A stretch of DNA of 60,078 bases, filler included, from 3 parts of 3 records of this genome joined end to end with filler, not necessarily neighbours in it; one strand, 5' to 3'. Shown: positions 9,498 to 19,650, counted from the first letter of the whole stretch. Made by a program: numbers and translations. The notes: generated by a model from the letters alone, not told the origin.

Positions 9498-9737
9498 TCA
9501 AGCTCGTTTGTGCATCGAGGCATCAAGGTGGTCGACAACTTCGGCCCAGTCGGCATCATCTTCCACGGCCTCACGAAGAAAATCAGCTTGGCCTTCGTTC
9601 CAGCAGGGTGCCTCCGCGAGCGGCATTTCTTTGGGAAGGGGGGAGTGGCGCTGAATAAAGTGCTCTATGGACTCTGCATCCGAGCGTAGCCCGAGTTGTT
9701 CAAATAGCTCGCTAAAATAGTGTACAGGCCGTTCCAT
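9498..9737 (-). CDS. DUF2789-family protein
   Basis: ELFEQLGL..IEHFI..H..L..APCWNEGQADFLREAVEDDADWAEVVDHLD. Confidence 0.85.
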   Translation of the reverse strand: MERPVHYFSELFEQLGLRSDAESIEHFIQRHSPLPKEMPLAEAPCWNEGQADFLREAVEDDADWAEVVDHLDASMHKRA

Positions 9738-9825
9738 ACGCTGCTTTCCTTTTGGTTGTTAGCGTATGTTTAAACATAGCGTGTATAAGTGACTACGCCA
9801 GTGCGAATTGATCGACGTGCGGTGT

Positions 9826-10896
9826 TTAGCGCTCGCCGACAAGTGGCGTTAAAAATCGCTGGCGTCGAATGTCTATGGAAAGGGGTTGAGCCAATAGGTG
9901 AACGAGCTTGGTGAAAGCGGCTTCCGGTGTCATGTTATCTCCAGACAGTAGGCCCGCTTCTGCTAGACCGTGGCCCGCTGCGTACTCGCCCATATGAATG
10001 CTGCCCTGGGGGCACTGGCTAACTGCGGCCAGCAGTTTTCCTTCGCCACTGGCGTTAGCAATGACATCAATGATTGCAGGGTCGTTGGGTATATTACCTG
10101 CTCCCCAAAGCTGCAGTAGAGCCCCCTTAACGCGCGAATCACCGAGCAGAGCTTCCAATTGCCAAGGCGATATACCTGGCCACAATGCTAGTCTAATAAC
10201 GGCGCCATCGGAGACGGCTTGATAGTCTGAAAGCTCAAAGCGGGGCGCGCCGCGTTGTTGAAACCCTAAACCTCTACTTGGGTAATAAATGAAGTCATCG
10301 CCAACGCGTTCACCGATACAGGGATAGCTTGGTGAGATAAATGCATCTAAGGATTCCGTGTGTTGTTTAATCGCTCGTGACCCCCTCAGAAGGCGATTTG
10401 AAAAATAGATCGCCACCTCTTGTAACTCAACGTTTGCAGCAAACCTTAATGCTCCGTAAAGGTTGCCGATCGCATCGCTATCAATCATTTCAAGAGGATG
10501 CATAGAGCCTGTTAACACAATCGGGCGGTCAATCCCCTGTAGCTGATAGGCAAGACTCGACGCGGTCCAGCTTAGGGTATCCGTGCCGTGGATAACGACA
10601 AATCCACGGTAGTTGGCTAAGTGGGCTGCAATATCGTTGGCAATCTGTTGCCAAGTCAGCGGCGTCGCTGCACTTGAGTCGATCAATGACGCATAACTAA
10701 GCACGTCATAAGCGGGAAGGGCATGTTGGTGCAGTATAGGAAGCTGGCTTAGTGCGTCTGCCATGCGATCTTGAAAGTTCCCCCCCGGGGCTAGTCCCTT
10801 TACATTTGGCTGCATGCCAATGGTGCCGCCAGTATAGATGACCAGCACACGCTCTTGAGTGGGGGCGGCGTTTGCCAGGGGAGAAGTGATGCTCAT
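9826..10896 (-). CDS. ansA: Type I (cytoplasmic) L-asparaginase
   Basis: YTGGTIGM and HGTDTLS active-site motifs; SQC and MTPEAAFTKL. Confidence 0.92.
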   Translation of the reverse strand: MSITSPLANAAPTQERVLVIYTGGTIGMQPNVKGLAPGGNFQDRMADALSQLPILHQHALPAYDVLSYASLIDSSAATPLTWQQIANDIAAHLANYRGFVVIHGTDTLSWTASSLAYQLQGIDRPIVLTGSMHPLEMIDSDAIGNLYGALRFAANVELQEVAIYFSNRLLRGSRAIKQHTESLDAFISPSYPCIGERVGDDFIYYPSRGLGFQQRGAPRFELSDYQAVSDGAVIRLALWPGISPWQLEALLGDSRVKGALLQLWGAGNIPNDPAIIDVIANASGEGKLLAAVSQCPQGSIHMGEYAAGHGLAEAGLLSGDNMTPEAAFTKLVHLLAQPLSIDIRRQRFLTPLVGER

Positions 10897-10946
10897 AGCC
10901 GTTTCCTGAATTGGGCGAATCTAAAAGGGTCTTTCTCAATCGTAGC

Positions 10947-11011
10947 GTCTAAGTACGTGTGTCTAAGTGCTTGTGTCTAAGTACCTGTGCCTAAGTGTCC
11001 GTGCCTCAGTA
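10947..11011. repeat. About 4.6 copies of a degenerate 14-bp tandem repeat upstream of ansA
   Basis: gtctaagtacgtgt / gtctaagtgcttgt / gtctaagtacctgt / gcctaagtgtccgt / gcctcagta. Confidence 0.9.
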
Positions 11012-11063
11012 TGCTATTGAAACAGGCTCTGCAAACTGAGGCCGGTATTGCCTTGCACGACTG

Positions 11064-12263
11064 CTAACCGCGATGTACTAACAACTCACCGCTATGATCG
11101 TCTAATTGGCGGTTACGCCCAGCCAATAAGGCAAATCCGCAACAAATAACAATTAGCAGAATAAGCAGCCATGCTATGTGGGCTAACTCTGCTCCGGCTT
11201 GCAGCATCAGACCAACCCCAAAAGGGCCTAGCGCTGCCAACGTATAGCCGCCACCCTGTACTAAGCCAGAAAGCTGCCCCGCGAGACGCGAGTTAGCCGT
11301 TCGTAACACCAACAGGCTGAGTGCTAAGCTGAAGCTGCCGCCTTGACCAATACCAAGAAGTACCGCGCCGGGCCACTTCCAGGCTAGTGGCGCAATAAGC
11401 AACATCCAAAGCCCTAGTGCAGTGCTAAAAAGAACTAGTAGTAAGGCAGGGCGTTGATCGTGGGTTAAGCGGGCTAGCCAAGGTGCGCCCAGTGCTGAAA
11501 CTAACTGACACATGATTGAGATGGCCATTGTCCAGCCGGCCGCAGCTTCATCATAGCCTCTGTAGACTAATAAGGTGGGCAGCCAACCAAACACAATGTA
11601 AGCCATGGAAGACTGAATGCCCATGAACAGCATGACATGCCACGTAAGTGGCTTACGCATTAATTGGGCAAGCGAAGCAGAGCTTCTTGGCTTGAGTGGG
11701 GTGTGTTGGGCCGTTGGCATGTTGATCACCCATAGTACCAGGGCTACTAATGCTAACAGTGACCAGCTCATTAGACTCAACTGCCAGCTGCCTAGCCATT
11801 GCATCAGCGGAACACTAAGACCAGCGCCTAAAGCACCGCCGAAACATAACGCCATGGTGTATAAACCAGTCAGAAGATCGGCGCTGTGGGGCAGCTCGCG
11901 TTTAACAAGCGCTGGTAGAAGGGTGCCTGCAAGGCCAATCGCGCTGCCTGCCATTGCTGAGCCAATAAAAAGCGCGCCAGGCACTGGCATGCCTCTTAAG
12001 ATTAAACCGCAGGTTAATAAAAGCAGTGCACTGCTCAGGGCTCGTTCACTGCCCAACTGTTTAGCCAGTAGAGGAGCAAGTGGGGCTGACAAGCCTAAAA
12101 AAAGCACGGGCAACGTGGTTAGAATGCCCGCTGATGCAGGGTTTAGCCCTGCAGTTTCTTGCAGTCGGGAAAGCAGTGGCGCAACTGATGACATAGCAGG
12201 GCGTAAATTAAGCCCTACTACGAACATCAGAACAATAAAGGTGTATGTGCGACGAGAAGCCAT
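11064..12263 (-). CDS. CynX/YeaN-family MFS transporter
   Basis: GLNLRPAMSSVAPLL, GILTTLPVL, many hydrophobic segments, QGGGYTLAALGP. Confidence 0.9.
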   Translation of the reverse strand: MASRRTYTFIVLMFVVGLNLRPAMSSVAPLLSRLQETAGLNPASAGILTTLPVLFLGLSAPLAPLLAKQLGSERALSSALLLLTCGLILRGMPVPGALFIGSAMAGSAIGLAGTLLPALVKRELPHSADLLTGLYTMALCFGGALGAGLSVPLMQWLGSWQLSLMSWSLLALVALVLWVINMPTAQHTPLKPRSSASLAQLMRKPLTWHVMLFMGIQSSMAYIVFGWLPTLLVYRGYDEAAAGWTMAISIMCQLVSALGAPWLARLTHDQRPALLLVLFSTALGLWMLLIAPLAWKWPGAVLLGIGQGGSFSLALSLLVLRTANSRLAGQLSGLVQGGGYTLAALGPFGVGLMLQAGAELAHIAWLLILLIVICCGFALLAGRNRQLDDHSGELLVHRG

Positions 12264-12271
12264 GCTGACAT

Positions 12272-12781
12272 TTACTTGAGGTGGGGGCGTAAGTCGCCGC
12301 GTACCGCATCAAGCAGGGTAATGAAATGATAATCTTGCTGCGTGTCTAAGCAGTCTACGCGCACCTCGGTACGCATCCCCTTATCAATATTCAGCTTGTC
12401 GTAGATTTCGAGGGTTAATTTACGTGCAGGTTTCTCGCCCGGCGTAATAATGCCGTCTTCCAGCGTAAAGGTTTCCAGTAACGTTACCCGTACTCGCGTG
12501 CTGCTCTCTTCGCTAAGTACCCGTCGTACAAATAACCATCCTTCACAGGGTAGCGATTCGTTATCATTACGTTCACGTAAGAAAAGTGTGCGATAACAAG
12601 CGCCCTCTGTAGAGGCTTTTTCAGCCATGCTGCGATACGCCTGCAGCACTTGTCCAGCCGATGCCCGGGCATCTTCTAGCCGCTGTGAAATACCTTGGTG
12701 CTCACGGCTTAGTTGCTCCTGGCGTTGAAAGGTAAGCCACTGGCGGTAATCGTTAATAAGTTGAGACGACGCCATAATCAC
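12272..12781 (-). CDS. Hypothetical protein
   Basis: 169-aa ORF with a GGAG RBS, 8 bp from the MFS gene; no motif recognised. Confidence 0.75.
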   Translation of the reverse strand: MIMASSQLINDYRQWLTFQRQEQLSREHQGISQRLEDARASAGQVLQAYRSMAEKASTEGACYRTLFLRERNDNESLPCEGWLFVRRVLSEESSTRVRVTLLETFTLEDGIITPGEKPARKLTLEIYDKLNIDKGMRTEVRVDCLDTQQDYHFITLLDAVRGDLRPHLK

Positions 12782-12808
12782 TCCATGAATAAGTTAAGCT
12801 GTGCCAGC

Positions 12809-12841
12809 GGAATACGCGAAGCGACAACCTTCGCATATTCC
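12809..12841. other. Intergenic stem-loop just after the rhlE stop
   Basis: ggaata-c-gcgaag / cttcgc-a-tattcc inverted repeat with no U-tract. Confidence 0.55.
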
Positions 12842-12852
12842 TAAGCTAAGGG

Positions 12853-14109
12853 CTAGCGACGGGCGCGACGACGACGTTCACCGCCTGTATTAGCTGCTTG
12901 CCCTTCCGGTTTACGTTTGGCGCGGGGCTGCTTCTGACCACGGCGGCCATTTTCAATCGGCTCGGGCTTGGCGTTGGGATCAGGTTCAAAACCGGGTTCG
13001 ATACGTTTAGGCAGGTTTTGCTTGATAAGACGCTCAATCCCACTCAGCAAGCCGTGTTCGTCGACACATACGAGCGAAACTGCTTCGCCATCGCTGCCCG
13101 CTCGGCCGGTGCGTCCAATACGGTGAACATAATCCTCTGCCACATTAGGTAAGTCGAAATTAACGACATGGGGAAGTTCGTTGATATCTAGCCCGCGAGC
13201 GGCAATGTCAGTGGCGACAAGTACCTGCAAATCACCGCTTTTGAAAGCACCTAGTGCACGTGTTCTAGCCCCTTGGCTCTTATTGCCATGGATGGCCATG
13301 GCGGGTATGTCTTGCTTAGAGAGCTGCTCTGCTAAGCGGTTCGCGCCATGTTTGGTGCGTGTGAAAACGAGTACCTGAAACCAACCATGCTGCTGAATTA
13401 AATGGGCCAGCAGCTCGCGTTTTTTATCACGATCTACTCGGTAAATGGTTTGCTCAATTTTTTCAGCGGTCGTGTTGCGAGGTGCGACTTCTATTAACGC
13501 TGGGTTGTTGAGCAGCTGTTGCGCCAATAACTGTATGTCGTTGGAGAATGTTGCAGAGAACAGCAGGTTTTGACGCTGTTTCGGCACTAAGCGCAATAGA
13601 CGCTTGATATCATGGATGAATCCCATGTCGAGCATGCGATCAGCTTCGTCGAGCACCAGGATTTCTACGGCCGATAGATCCACGTGGCCCTGCTGATGCA
13701 AGTCTAGTAGCCGACCTGGCGTGGCGACCAACACATCAAGCCCCGCTTTGAGTGCATCCACTTGTGGCTGTTGGCCAACACCGCCGAAAATAATATGCGA
13801 GCGTAAAGAGAGGTGCTTGCCGTAAGCGGTTACGCTTTCGCCTACCTGGGCAGCAAGCTCGCGCGTAGGCGTGAGCACTAACGCGCGTACTTGGCGTTTG
13901 CCGGGGCGCTTGCCATTCGCTAACCGCTGTAACATGGGCAACGTAAAGCCAGCGGTTTTGCCTGTGCCAGTTTGTGCACTGGCGAGCATGTCGCGACCTT
14001 CAAGTACAACGGGTATAGCTTTTTGTTGAATAGGGGTAGGCTGCGTATAGCCCTGCGCGGTAACCGCGCGTAGTAAATCGTCGTGCAGACCAAGTTCAGA
14101 AAAGCTCAT
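12853..14109 (-). CDS. rhlE: DEAD-box RNA helicase (RhlE-like)
   Basis: Q-motif [43 protein letters not shown] before MSF at 14109. Confidence 0.93.
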   Translation of the reverse strand: MSFSELGLHDDLLRAVTAQGYTQPTPIQQKAIPVVLEGRDMLASAQTGTGKTAGFTLPMLQRLANGKRPGKRQVRALVLTPTRELAAQVGESVTAYGKHLSLRSHIIFGGVGQQPQVDALKAGLDVLVATPGRLLDLHQQGHVDLSAVEILVLDEADRMLDMGFIHDIKRLLRLVPKQRQNLLFSATFSNDIQLLAQQLLNNPALIEVAPRNTTAEKIEQTIYRVDRDKKRELLAHLIQQHGWFQVLVFTRTKHGANRLAEQLSKQDIPAMAIHGNKSQGARTRALGAFKSGDLQVLVATDIAARGLDINELPHVVNFDLPNVAEDYVHRIGRTGRAGSDGEAVSLVCVDEHGLLSGIERLIKQNLPKRIEPGFEPDPNAKPEPIENGRRGQKQPRAKRKPEGQAANTGGERRRRARR

Positions 14110-14381
14110 GCGTTCTCCGCAATCGCTTAGTAAGTGACGCCGCTTGGCGTCGTCGTTACTGAGCGTAATGTTCAAAAAGCGAGGATGGTACACCTTCGCG
14201 GCAGCGAAGTTTGCCAGATAAAGCACGCTGCCGCGATGGTCATTTTTTTGCCGATCAAGACGGTGAAATAGACATTGGCTTGAATCGGGGGTGACGTGGT
14301 GATGCTGAAAGATGACTCCCTTAGTATATCATGGATACTTCATTTCAGCGTTTAACCTAGAGTCTGGATGCCTTACTGATG

Positions 14382-14975
14382 TCACATCTGAAAATAATTT
14401 CCTTCGCGGATCTCGTTGGCGATTTGCAGGGCCACCTTATCCCAGCTTTCGCCAAGTGAGCGAACGAGAGCAGGGTAGCCGTCCTGCTGGAGCTCGGTCT
14501 CTGCAGAAAAACTTTTTAGCGCAAGTAGGTTGTTATCTGCGCCGCGTAACTGCCATTGGCCACTGGTGACCGCTCGCCCGTCGTGCCGCCCCTGAAATTG
14601 ATCAACTTCAAGTAGTAATGTGAGCGCTTCAGGTGCATTGCCATCCGCATGAACGACCTGAATGGACGTGAGTTCTTGGGATAGTTGAGCACGCAATGCA
14701 CGTTCTAGTTGGCGTCCAATACTTTCAGCCCATTGGTGTTCGCGGGCTTCATTTAGGGTGATGTCATCAAGCTGCATGACGATACCGTCCACATCTAGAT
14801 AGTGTGCTAAACGTGGTGATCGCACCTGCAGTGTGCCAATCGGCTGGTTTGGCGAACTCACTGCATTTTCGCTTGGTAGCATGTAGCGAGAGGGTGGTGT
14901 GACACTGCTAGCGCAAGCACTTAGCAGTATGCAAAGGCCAAGTAGTGATAAATAGCGGATTGCCTTATAGCGCAT
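14382..14975 (-). CDS. pqiC: PqiC-family lipoprotein
   Basis: Lipobox LSAC, HQWAE motif, downstream of pqiB; AAGGAG RBS before ATG 14975. Confidence 0.88.
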   Translation of the reverse strand: MRYKAIRYLSLLGLCILLSACASSVTPPSRYMLPSENAVSSPNQPIGTLQVRSPRLAHYLDVDGIVMQLDDITLNEAREHQWAESIGRQLERALRAQLSQELTSIQVVHADGNAPEALTLLLEVDQFQGRHDGRAVTSGQWQLRGADNNLLALKSFSAETELQQDGYPALVRSLGESWDKVALQIANEIREGNYFQM

Positions 14976-14988
14976 AGTAAGCTCCTTC

Positions 14989-16674
14989 TTAGCGTGGTGC
15001 GCGAGGCACGGGATCTTGAGTATCCAGGTTGTCGAATAATAGCGCTCTTGGGTTTTCATTTAATGTGCGAGTAAGTGGTTGTAAGTCGCGCATTAAGCGA
15101 TCCAGCCGTTGAATAGCCGTTGTTAAATCCTGATAGGCTGGAGATGACGGTGATACACCTTGCAAGGTGTTACGCAGCTCCTCAAGAGTCGCATTTACGT
15201 TTCCGCCCACTGCCTGAGTATCGGGATCATTCAGCAACTGGTTGATAGAGGCGCTTACTTGGCGTATCTCGTTGAGCACACTTTCAGATGCTTGTAAGTT
15301 TCGGTCTAAACCTGCAAGTAATGGCTCAACTTCAAGCGCGTTTAATTTCTCAAGCAGGCTGGTTATCTGCGCTTGGATCTGTGCAAAGCCGCCAGCAACA
15401 GTAGGGAATACTGTCCGCTCGGAGAACGTTTCGGCGACATATTCATCAGCTAAATCGCGTTGAAAATTAAGATCAACGAAAAGTGCACCCGTTAATAGGC
15501 TGCCATTTTTGAGTGATGCACGTAGCCCTAAGCCAAAAAGGCGCTTAAAGCGTGAGTCCCACTGTTCTATGTCGATGTCGGCATTCTCAATGCCCAACCG
15601 CTGAGGCTCGATTCGAATCAGCACTGGGATGGCAAACTGAGAACGCGAGTCGGGCTGTGGAGCGGTAAAGTTCCAGGGTACCGACGCAACCGTACCGATT
15701 CTTACCCCGCGAAATTCGACGGGCGCACCTTTCGATAATCCGCGAACGGTATCATCAACCAATAGCACGTACTCTAAATACTGATTGAAGGTTCCTTCCC
15801 GGGCAGTATTTTCATCCGCATAGAGATTAAAGCGTGCATTGGGCTCTACGGGTTGCCCCATCGGCAAGTCTTCTGGCACGCCAAACGTAACGCCGCCTCC
15901 CAGTAATGCTTCAAGAGACTCCACGTTGACACGTACACCATCGGCATCTAGTTGAAAATCAACACCGCTTGACGTCCAAAATCGAGTGCTATCCGTTACC
16001 AACTGGCCGTAGGGTTCTTCAATAAATACTTGGTGGTGCATGGTGCGAGATTCCGCGTCAAACCGAGTATCTTCAACTCGTCCTACGGTATAGCCCTGGT
16101 AAGAAACAGGGTCTCCTATACGCAGTGAGTTACCCAGTTGACTGACTAAGCTGATTTGCAGACCAGCCTGCCCAGCTGGGGCAACCGGTGGTGTATCACT
16201 TACCGTAAATTCGCGCTCAGGTTCATCCGACTGACCTGCCTCTAGCTGAATATAGGCACCCGACAATACCGTGCCCAGCCCGCTAATGCCCTCGCGGCCG
16301 ATGCGCGGCTTTACCACCCAGAATCGGCTATCTTCCCTAAGCATCGCTTCCGCTTCTGGTTGTATGCGGGCGGTCATAACGGCGTGGGAAAGGTCATCAG
16401 ATAAGCGAACGTTTTGGACTCTGCCTATTTCAACATTGCGGCTGCGAATAAGCGTGCTGCCCGCTTCGATACCTTCCGCACTGTCCATTGTTAGTGTGAC
16501 GAGCGTGCCTCGGCTGGCGTAGTTGTCGTAGGCAAGCCAAAGCCCAATCACCACCGCTACGATTGGCACGATCCAAATCGGAGAGAGCCGTGTTTGCGGT
16601 GATGACTTCGCACGATGTAAATCGTTGTTGTCGTTGGTATCGGCTTTCTTTGGTGTTGAATCATTAGCCATCAA
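14989..16674 (-). CDS. pqiB: Intermembrane transport protein with MCE domains
   Basis: SPIWIVPIVA, SRFWVVKPRIG..GLGTVLSGAYI, GAPVEFRGVRIG, SLLTGALFVDL. Confidence 0.95.
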   Translation of the reverse strand: MMANDSTPKKADTNDNNDLHRAKSSPQTRLSPIWIVPIVAVVIGLWLAYDNYASRGTLVTLTMDSAEGIEAGSTLIRSRNVEIGRVQNVRLSDDLSHAVMTARIQPEAEAMLREDSRFWVVKPRIGREGISGLGTVLSGAYIQLEAGQSDEPEREFTVSDTPPVAPAGQAGLQISLVSQLGNSLRIGDPVSYQGYTVGRVEDTRFDAESRTMHHQVFIEEPYGQLVTDSTRFWTSSGVDFQLDADGVRVNVESLEALLGGGVTFGVPEDLPMGQPVEPNARFNLYADENTAREGTFNQYLEYVLLVDDTVRGLSKGAPVEFRGVRIGTVASVPWNFTAPQPDSRSQFAIPVLIRIEPQRLGIENADIDIEQWDSRFKRLFGLGLRASLKNGSLLTGALFVDLNFQRDLADEYVAETFSERTVFPTVAGGFAQIQAQITSLLEKLNALEVEPLLAGLDRNLQASESVLNEIRQVSASINQLLNDPDTQAVGGNVNATLEELRNTLQGVSPSSPAYQDLTTAIQRLDRLMRDLQPLTRTLNENPRALLFDNLDTQDPVPRAPR

Positions 16675-18028
16675 CAGTTTCCTTGGTGGCCGTGTTACGG
16701 CGTGTAGAGCGAGGAGGCGGAGTGTCCCAAATTAAGCGCGGGTCAAACGTCATGGCTGCTAACATTGTGAGCACAACGACGGCAGCAAACGCGAGCGCCG
16801 CCGGCCCTGGTGTAATTGACATTAACGACCCTGCGCGAATCAGAGCGACTAATATTGAAACCACAAATACGTCAACCATTGACCATCGGCCTATAAATTC
16901 AGTCAGCCGATAAAGTCGAGTTCGGCTTTGTGCGTTGAGTTCGTTGCTGTGCTTTATGACCATACAGAGCCAAACCAGTGCGACCAGCTTACCAACGGGA
17001 ACAATAACACTCGCCACAAAGATAACCACGGCCACGGGCCAGGAGCCCATTTGGATCAGTTGCACAACCCCACCGATGATCGTTGAGGGTGATGAGTGCC
17101 CTAAGCTAGTCGTGGTCATAATAGGGTATACATTAGCAGGGATATACATCACCGTTGCTGCAAAAAGCAGTGCCCAGGTGCGTTGCAAGCTGTGTGGTAA
17201 TCGTGGGTGGAGCTTTTCTTGGCAGCGCAGACAGTGCCCCTTGGCATGCTCATTAAGGCGATTAATTAGGCCGCAAGTTGGGCAGCCGGTTACCCCTTGG
17301 CTTGCCGCTGTCGTTCCTGTGAGAGTGCCTTCTGGCGCGAGGGGTTCTTTCTCTAAAGAGAACCACATCCAATCTGAATCAATGGATTGTGTCGTTAACA
17401 GTAAAAGGATGGCAAACGCGCTGAACGCCCAGAAGGAGATGCCTATTTCAATGTGTGCCATGCCAGCTATTTTTATCAAACTCACCAGCGCCCCAACGAT
17501 AAAGACATCCGCCATCATCCATGGGGTAAGCCTCGCTAGTGAACGAGCGATGTCCCGACTAAACGGCATTGGATGGCCGCGAAGTAAACCAAACTGAAGC
17601 CAGATCACGCTAATTAGATAAATAGCGGGCAGCACAACAATGGTCATAATGACAGCGATAGCGACAACAGGCTGATGAAAAGCGATGAGCGTAGTGGCAG
17701 TCTGTGAAAGTTCTATACGATTACCAATGCCACTGATGCTAAAGCTAACAAACGGAAATGACACTGCTGCAAGTAGCGCTATTAAGGATGAAAGCGCTAG
17801 CGCCATGCTTCTCTGAGCAGGATAGCGATGCCGCTTTACCAGCACATGTGAACAGCGTGGACAGGATGCTTTTTCTCCAGAGCCAAGCGGAGGAAGTGCA
17901 GACACCCAGTCACACTCATGACAGGCGCGTAAGCGTCTACGCTGGGCGCGTGCTTCAGGAGGGCGGCAGTCGACCTGTGGTGAGTTCACCCGCAAAGAAG
18001 GTCGTTTGATAAACTGAAAATGAGGCAA
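16664..18028 (-). CDS. pqiA: Paraquat-inducible protein A (two-domain form; start uncertain)
   Basis: ACHECD..CPRC, PWMMADVF, CPTC..CLRC, YIPANVYPIM, IGRWSMVDVFVV, FDPRLIWD. Confidence 0.93.
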   Translation of the reverse strand: MPHFQFIKRPSLRVNSPQVDCRPPEARAQRRRLRACHECDWVSALPPLGSGEKASCPRCSHVLVKRHRYPAQRSMALALSSLIALLAAVSFPFVSFSISGIGNRIELSQTATTLIAFHQPVVAIAVIMTIVVLPAIYLISVIWLQFGLLRGHPMPFSRDIARSLARLTPWMMADVFIVGALVSLIKIAGMAHIEIGISFWAFSAFAILLLLTTQSIDSDWMWFSLEKEPLAPEGTLTGTTAASQGVTGCPTCGLINRLNEHAKGHCLRCQEKLHPRLPHSLQRTWALLFAATVMYIPANVYPIMTTTSLGHSSPSTIIGGVVQLIQMGSWPVAVVIFVASVIVPVGKLVALVWLCMVIKHSNELNAQSRTRLYRLTEFIGRWSMVDVFVVSILVALIRAGSLMSITPGPAALAFAAVVVLTMLAAMTFDPRLIWDTPPPRSTRRNTATKETVDG

Positions 18029-18211
18029 CTGCTAATTCTCAATACGTTGAGGAATCCAAATTAGTACGGTGGGCAGATACTACTGTCAAATCGAGATTAA
18101 TCTTACGCCCCGTAAAACAGCACTTGACCTAACCAACTAGTTAGACAAGGATGCCTCGGCAATGGTGCCTAATGATAGTGCCTAACATTACGTTATTAAG
18201 GAAATGAAATA

Positions 18212-19186
18212 ATGTTGCTCCCTTTTTTGGCTGTAGTTTTGGGCTTGGTGCTTCTTGTATGGAGCGCTGAGAAATTTATCGATGGTGCTGCAGCTACCTC
18301 TAGGTGGTTAGGGCTATCGCCTCTATTAATTGGCATGCTGGTTATTGGTTTTGGCACCTCTGCACCAGAAATGATGGTGTCAGTGTTGGCGGCCATGCAA
18401 GGAAACCCTGGTTTAGCGGTAGGTAACGCCTATGGTTCCAATATCGCTAATATTGGCCTTGTTTTAGGTTTTGTCGCGTTGATCGCTCCTTTAGCGGTGC
18501 ATTCTGGTGTGATCCGTAAGGAGATGCCACTGTTGATAGGTGTCATGCTTTTGACGGGTTATATGCTTTATGACGGTTGGATTTCTCGCGGAGAAGCCGT
18601 CTTACTGCTAGGTGCGTTGGCGCTCTTTATTGGGGTTAGTATTGTTCGTTCACGAGGACAGCAAGATGATCCGCTAGTGGGTGAAGTAGCAGAAGCGCTG
18701 GATAGTAAGCCCATGTCTCGTGGCAAGGCGTTTATGTGGACGCTAGTTGGACTAGTCTTGTTGATCGCTAGTTCGCGCATACTGGTGTGGGGGGCGGTCG
18801 AAATAGCGGTAGCTTTTGGGGTTAGCGACTTAATTATTGGCTTAACCGTTGTAGCAATAGGAACATCCTTGCCAGAGCTTGCTTCTTCTATCAGCGCTTT
18901 GCGGCGCAAAGAGCATGATATGGTGCTAGGTAATGTCGTAGGTTCTAATTTATTTAACAGTTTGGCTGTGGTAGGTCTTGCCGGCGTTATTACACCCATT
19001 GAAGTAGGGCGCGAAGTACTAATTCGTGATTGGAGCGTCATGACCTTTATGACCCTCATGATGGTGTTCTTTGCTTTCTCTTGGCGGGGGCGCCCGCGGC
19101 GTATAAACCGTATCGAGGGTGGCGTACTGTTCTCTATGTTCATTGCTTACACTGGCTACATGGTTAGCATCGTAGTGATGTCCTAA
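18212..19186 (+). CDS. Calcium/sodium antiporter (YrbG/CaCA family)
   Basis: Two alpha-repeats: GTSAPE..GNAYGSNIAN and GTSLPE..GNVVGSNLFN. Confidence 0.93.
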   Translation: MLLPFLAVVLGLVLLVWSAEKFIDGAAATSRWLGLSPLLIGMLVIGFGTSAPEMMVSVLAAMQGNPGLAVGNAYGSNIANIGLVLGFVALIAPLAVHSGVIRKEMPLLIGVMLLTGYMLYDGWISRGEAVLLLGALALFIGVSIVRSRGQQDDPLVGEVAEALDSKPMSRGKAFMWTLVGLVLLIASSRILVWGAVEIAVAFGVSDLIIGLTVVAIGTSLPELASSISALRRKEHDMVLGNVVGSNLFNSLAVVGLAGVITPIEVGREVLIRDWSVMTFMTLMMVFFAFSWRGRPRRINRIEGGVLFSMFIAYTGYMVSIVVMS

Positions 19187-19401
19187 CTGCGTCAATGCGA
19201 CACAGTTTTGAAGAAGCGCTAGTAGTGTATAACGTTTGTCACAGCATCAAATGACAACACATTCGAATCTCAGGCTTAGTTGCTGTGTCGCTGCATCGTG
19301 CCTAGAGCCCATGCTCATTGCTAAAGTGCAGCACCAGTAAGGCTTAACTAAGCTTGTGTGGCCCAGCAGTGGGATGCTTATCCAGGTCTTAGGAGAGTGT
19401 G

Positions 19402-19650
19402 ATGGAGCTTGCCCTCTGTGTGCTATCGCGAATTCAGTTCGCCTTTGTGGAATATTTCCATGCAATTTTTCCAGTTTCTACTATCGGGCTGGTCTCCTAT
19501 ATAGCATTACTCCATGGGCTTTTCTTTAAAACCCAAAACCCAGCTTGGGACCGTCTTTCGCTATTTTGGACAAAAGTGTTTGCGGTTGTCTTTAGCTTGG
19601 ATGTATCCATTGCTGGCAAGGCGCGACCATCAAATGAGGAGTGCCACTAA
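19402..19650 (+). pseudogene. cydA: Remnant of cytochrome bd oxidase genes: about 65 N-terminal codons of cydA/cioA fused to a tail resembling the cydB/cioB C-terminus
   Basis: LSRIQFAF..FHAIFP..TIGL..FWTKVFAVVF is the CydA N-terminus including the heme-ligand His; it ends ..GKARPSNEECH*; AGGAGA RBS intact; directly upstream of cydD. Confidence 0.85.

Noticed and set aside
10947..11011. CRISPR array
   Set aside because: Units are 14 bp, contiguous and have no unique spacers; no cas genes nearby
11617..19143. Long antisense ORFs (11617-12279, 16935-17597, 18568-19143)
   Set aside because: Shadow frames of membrane-protein genes with no recognisable motifs
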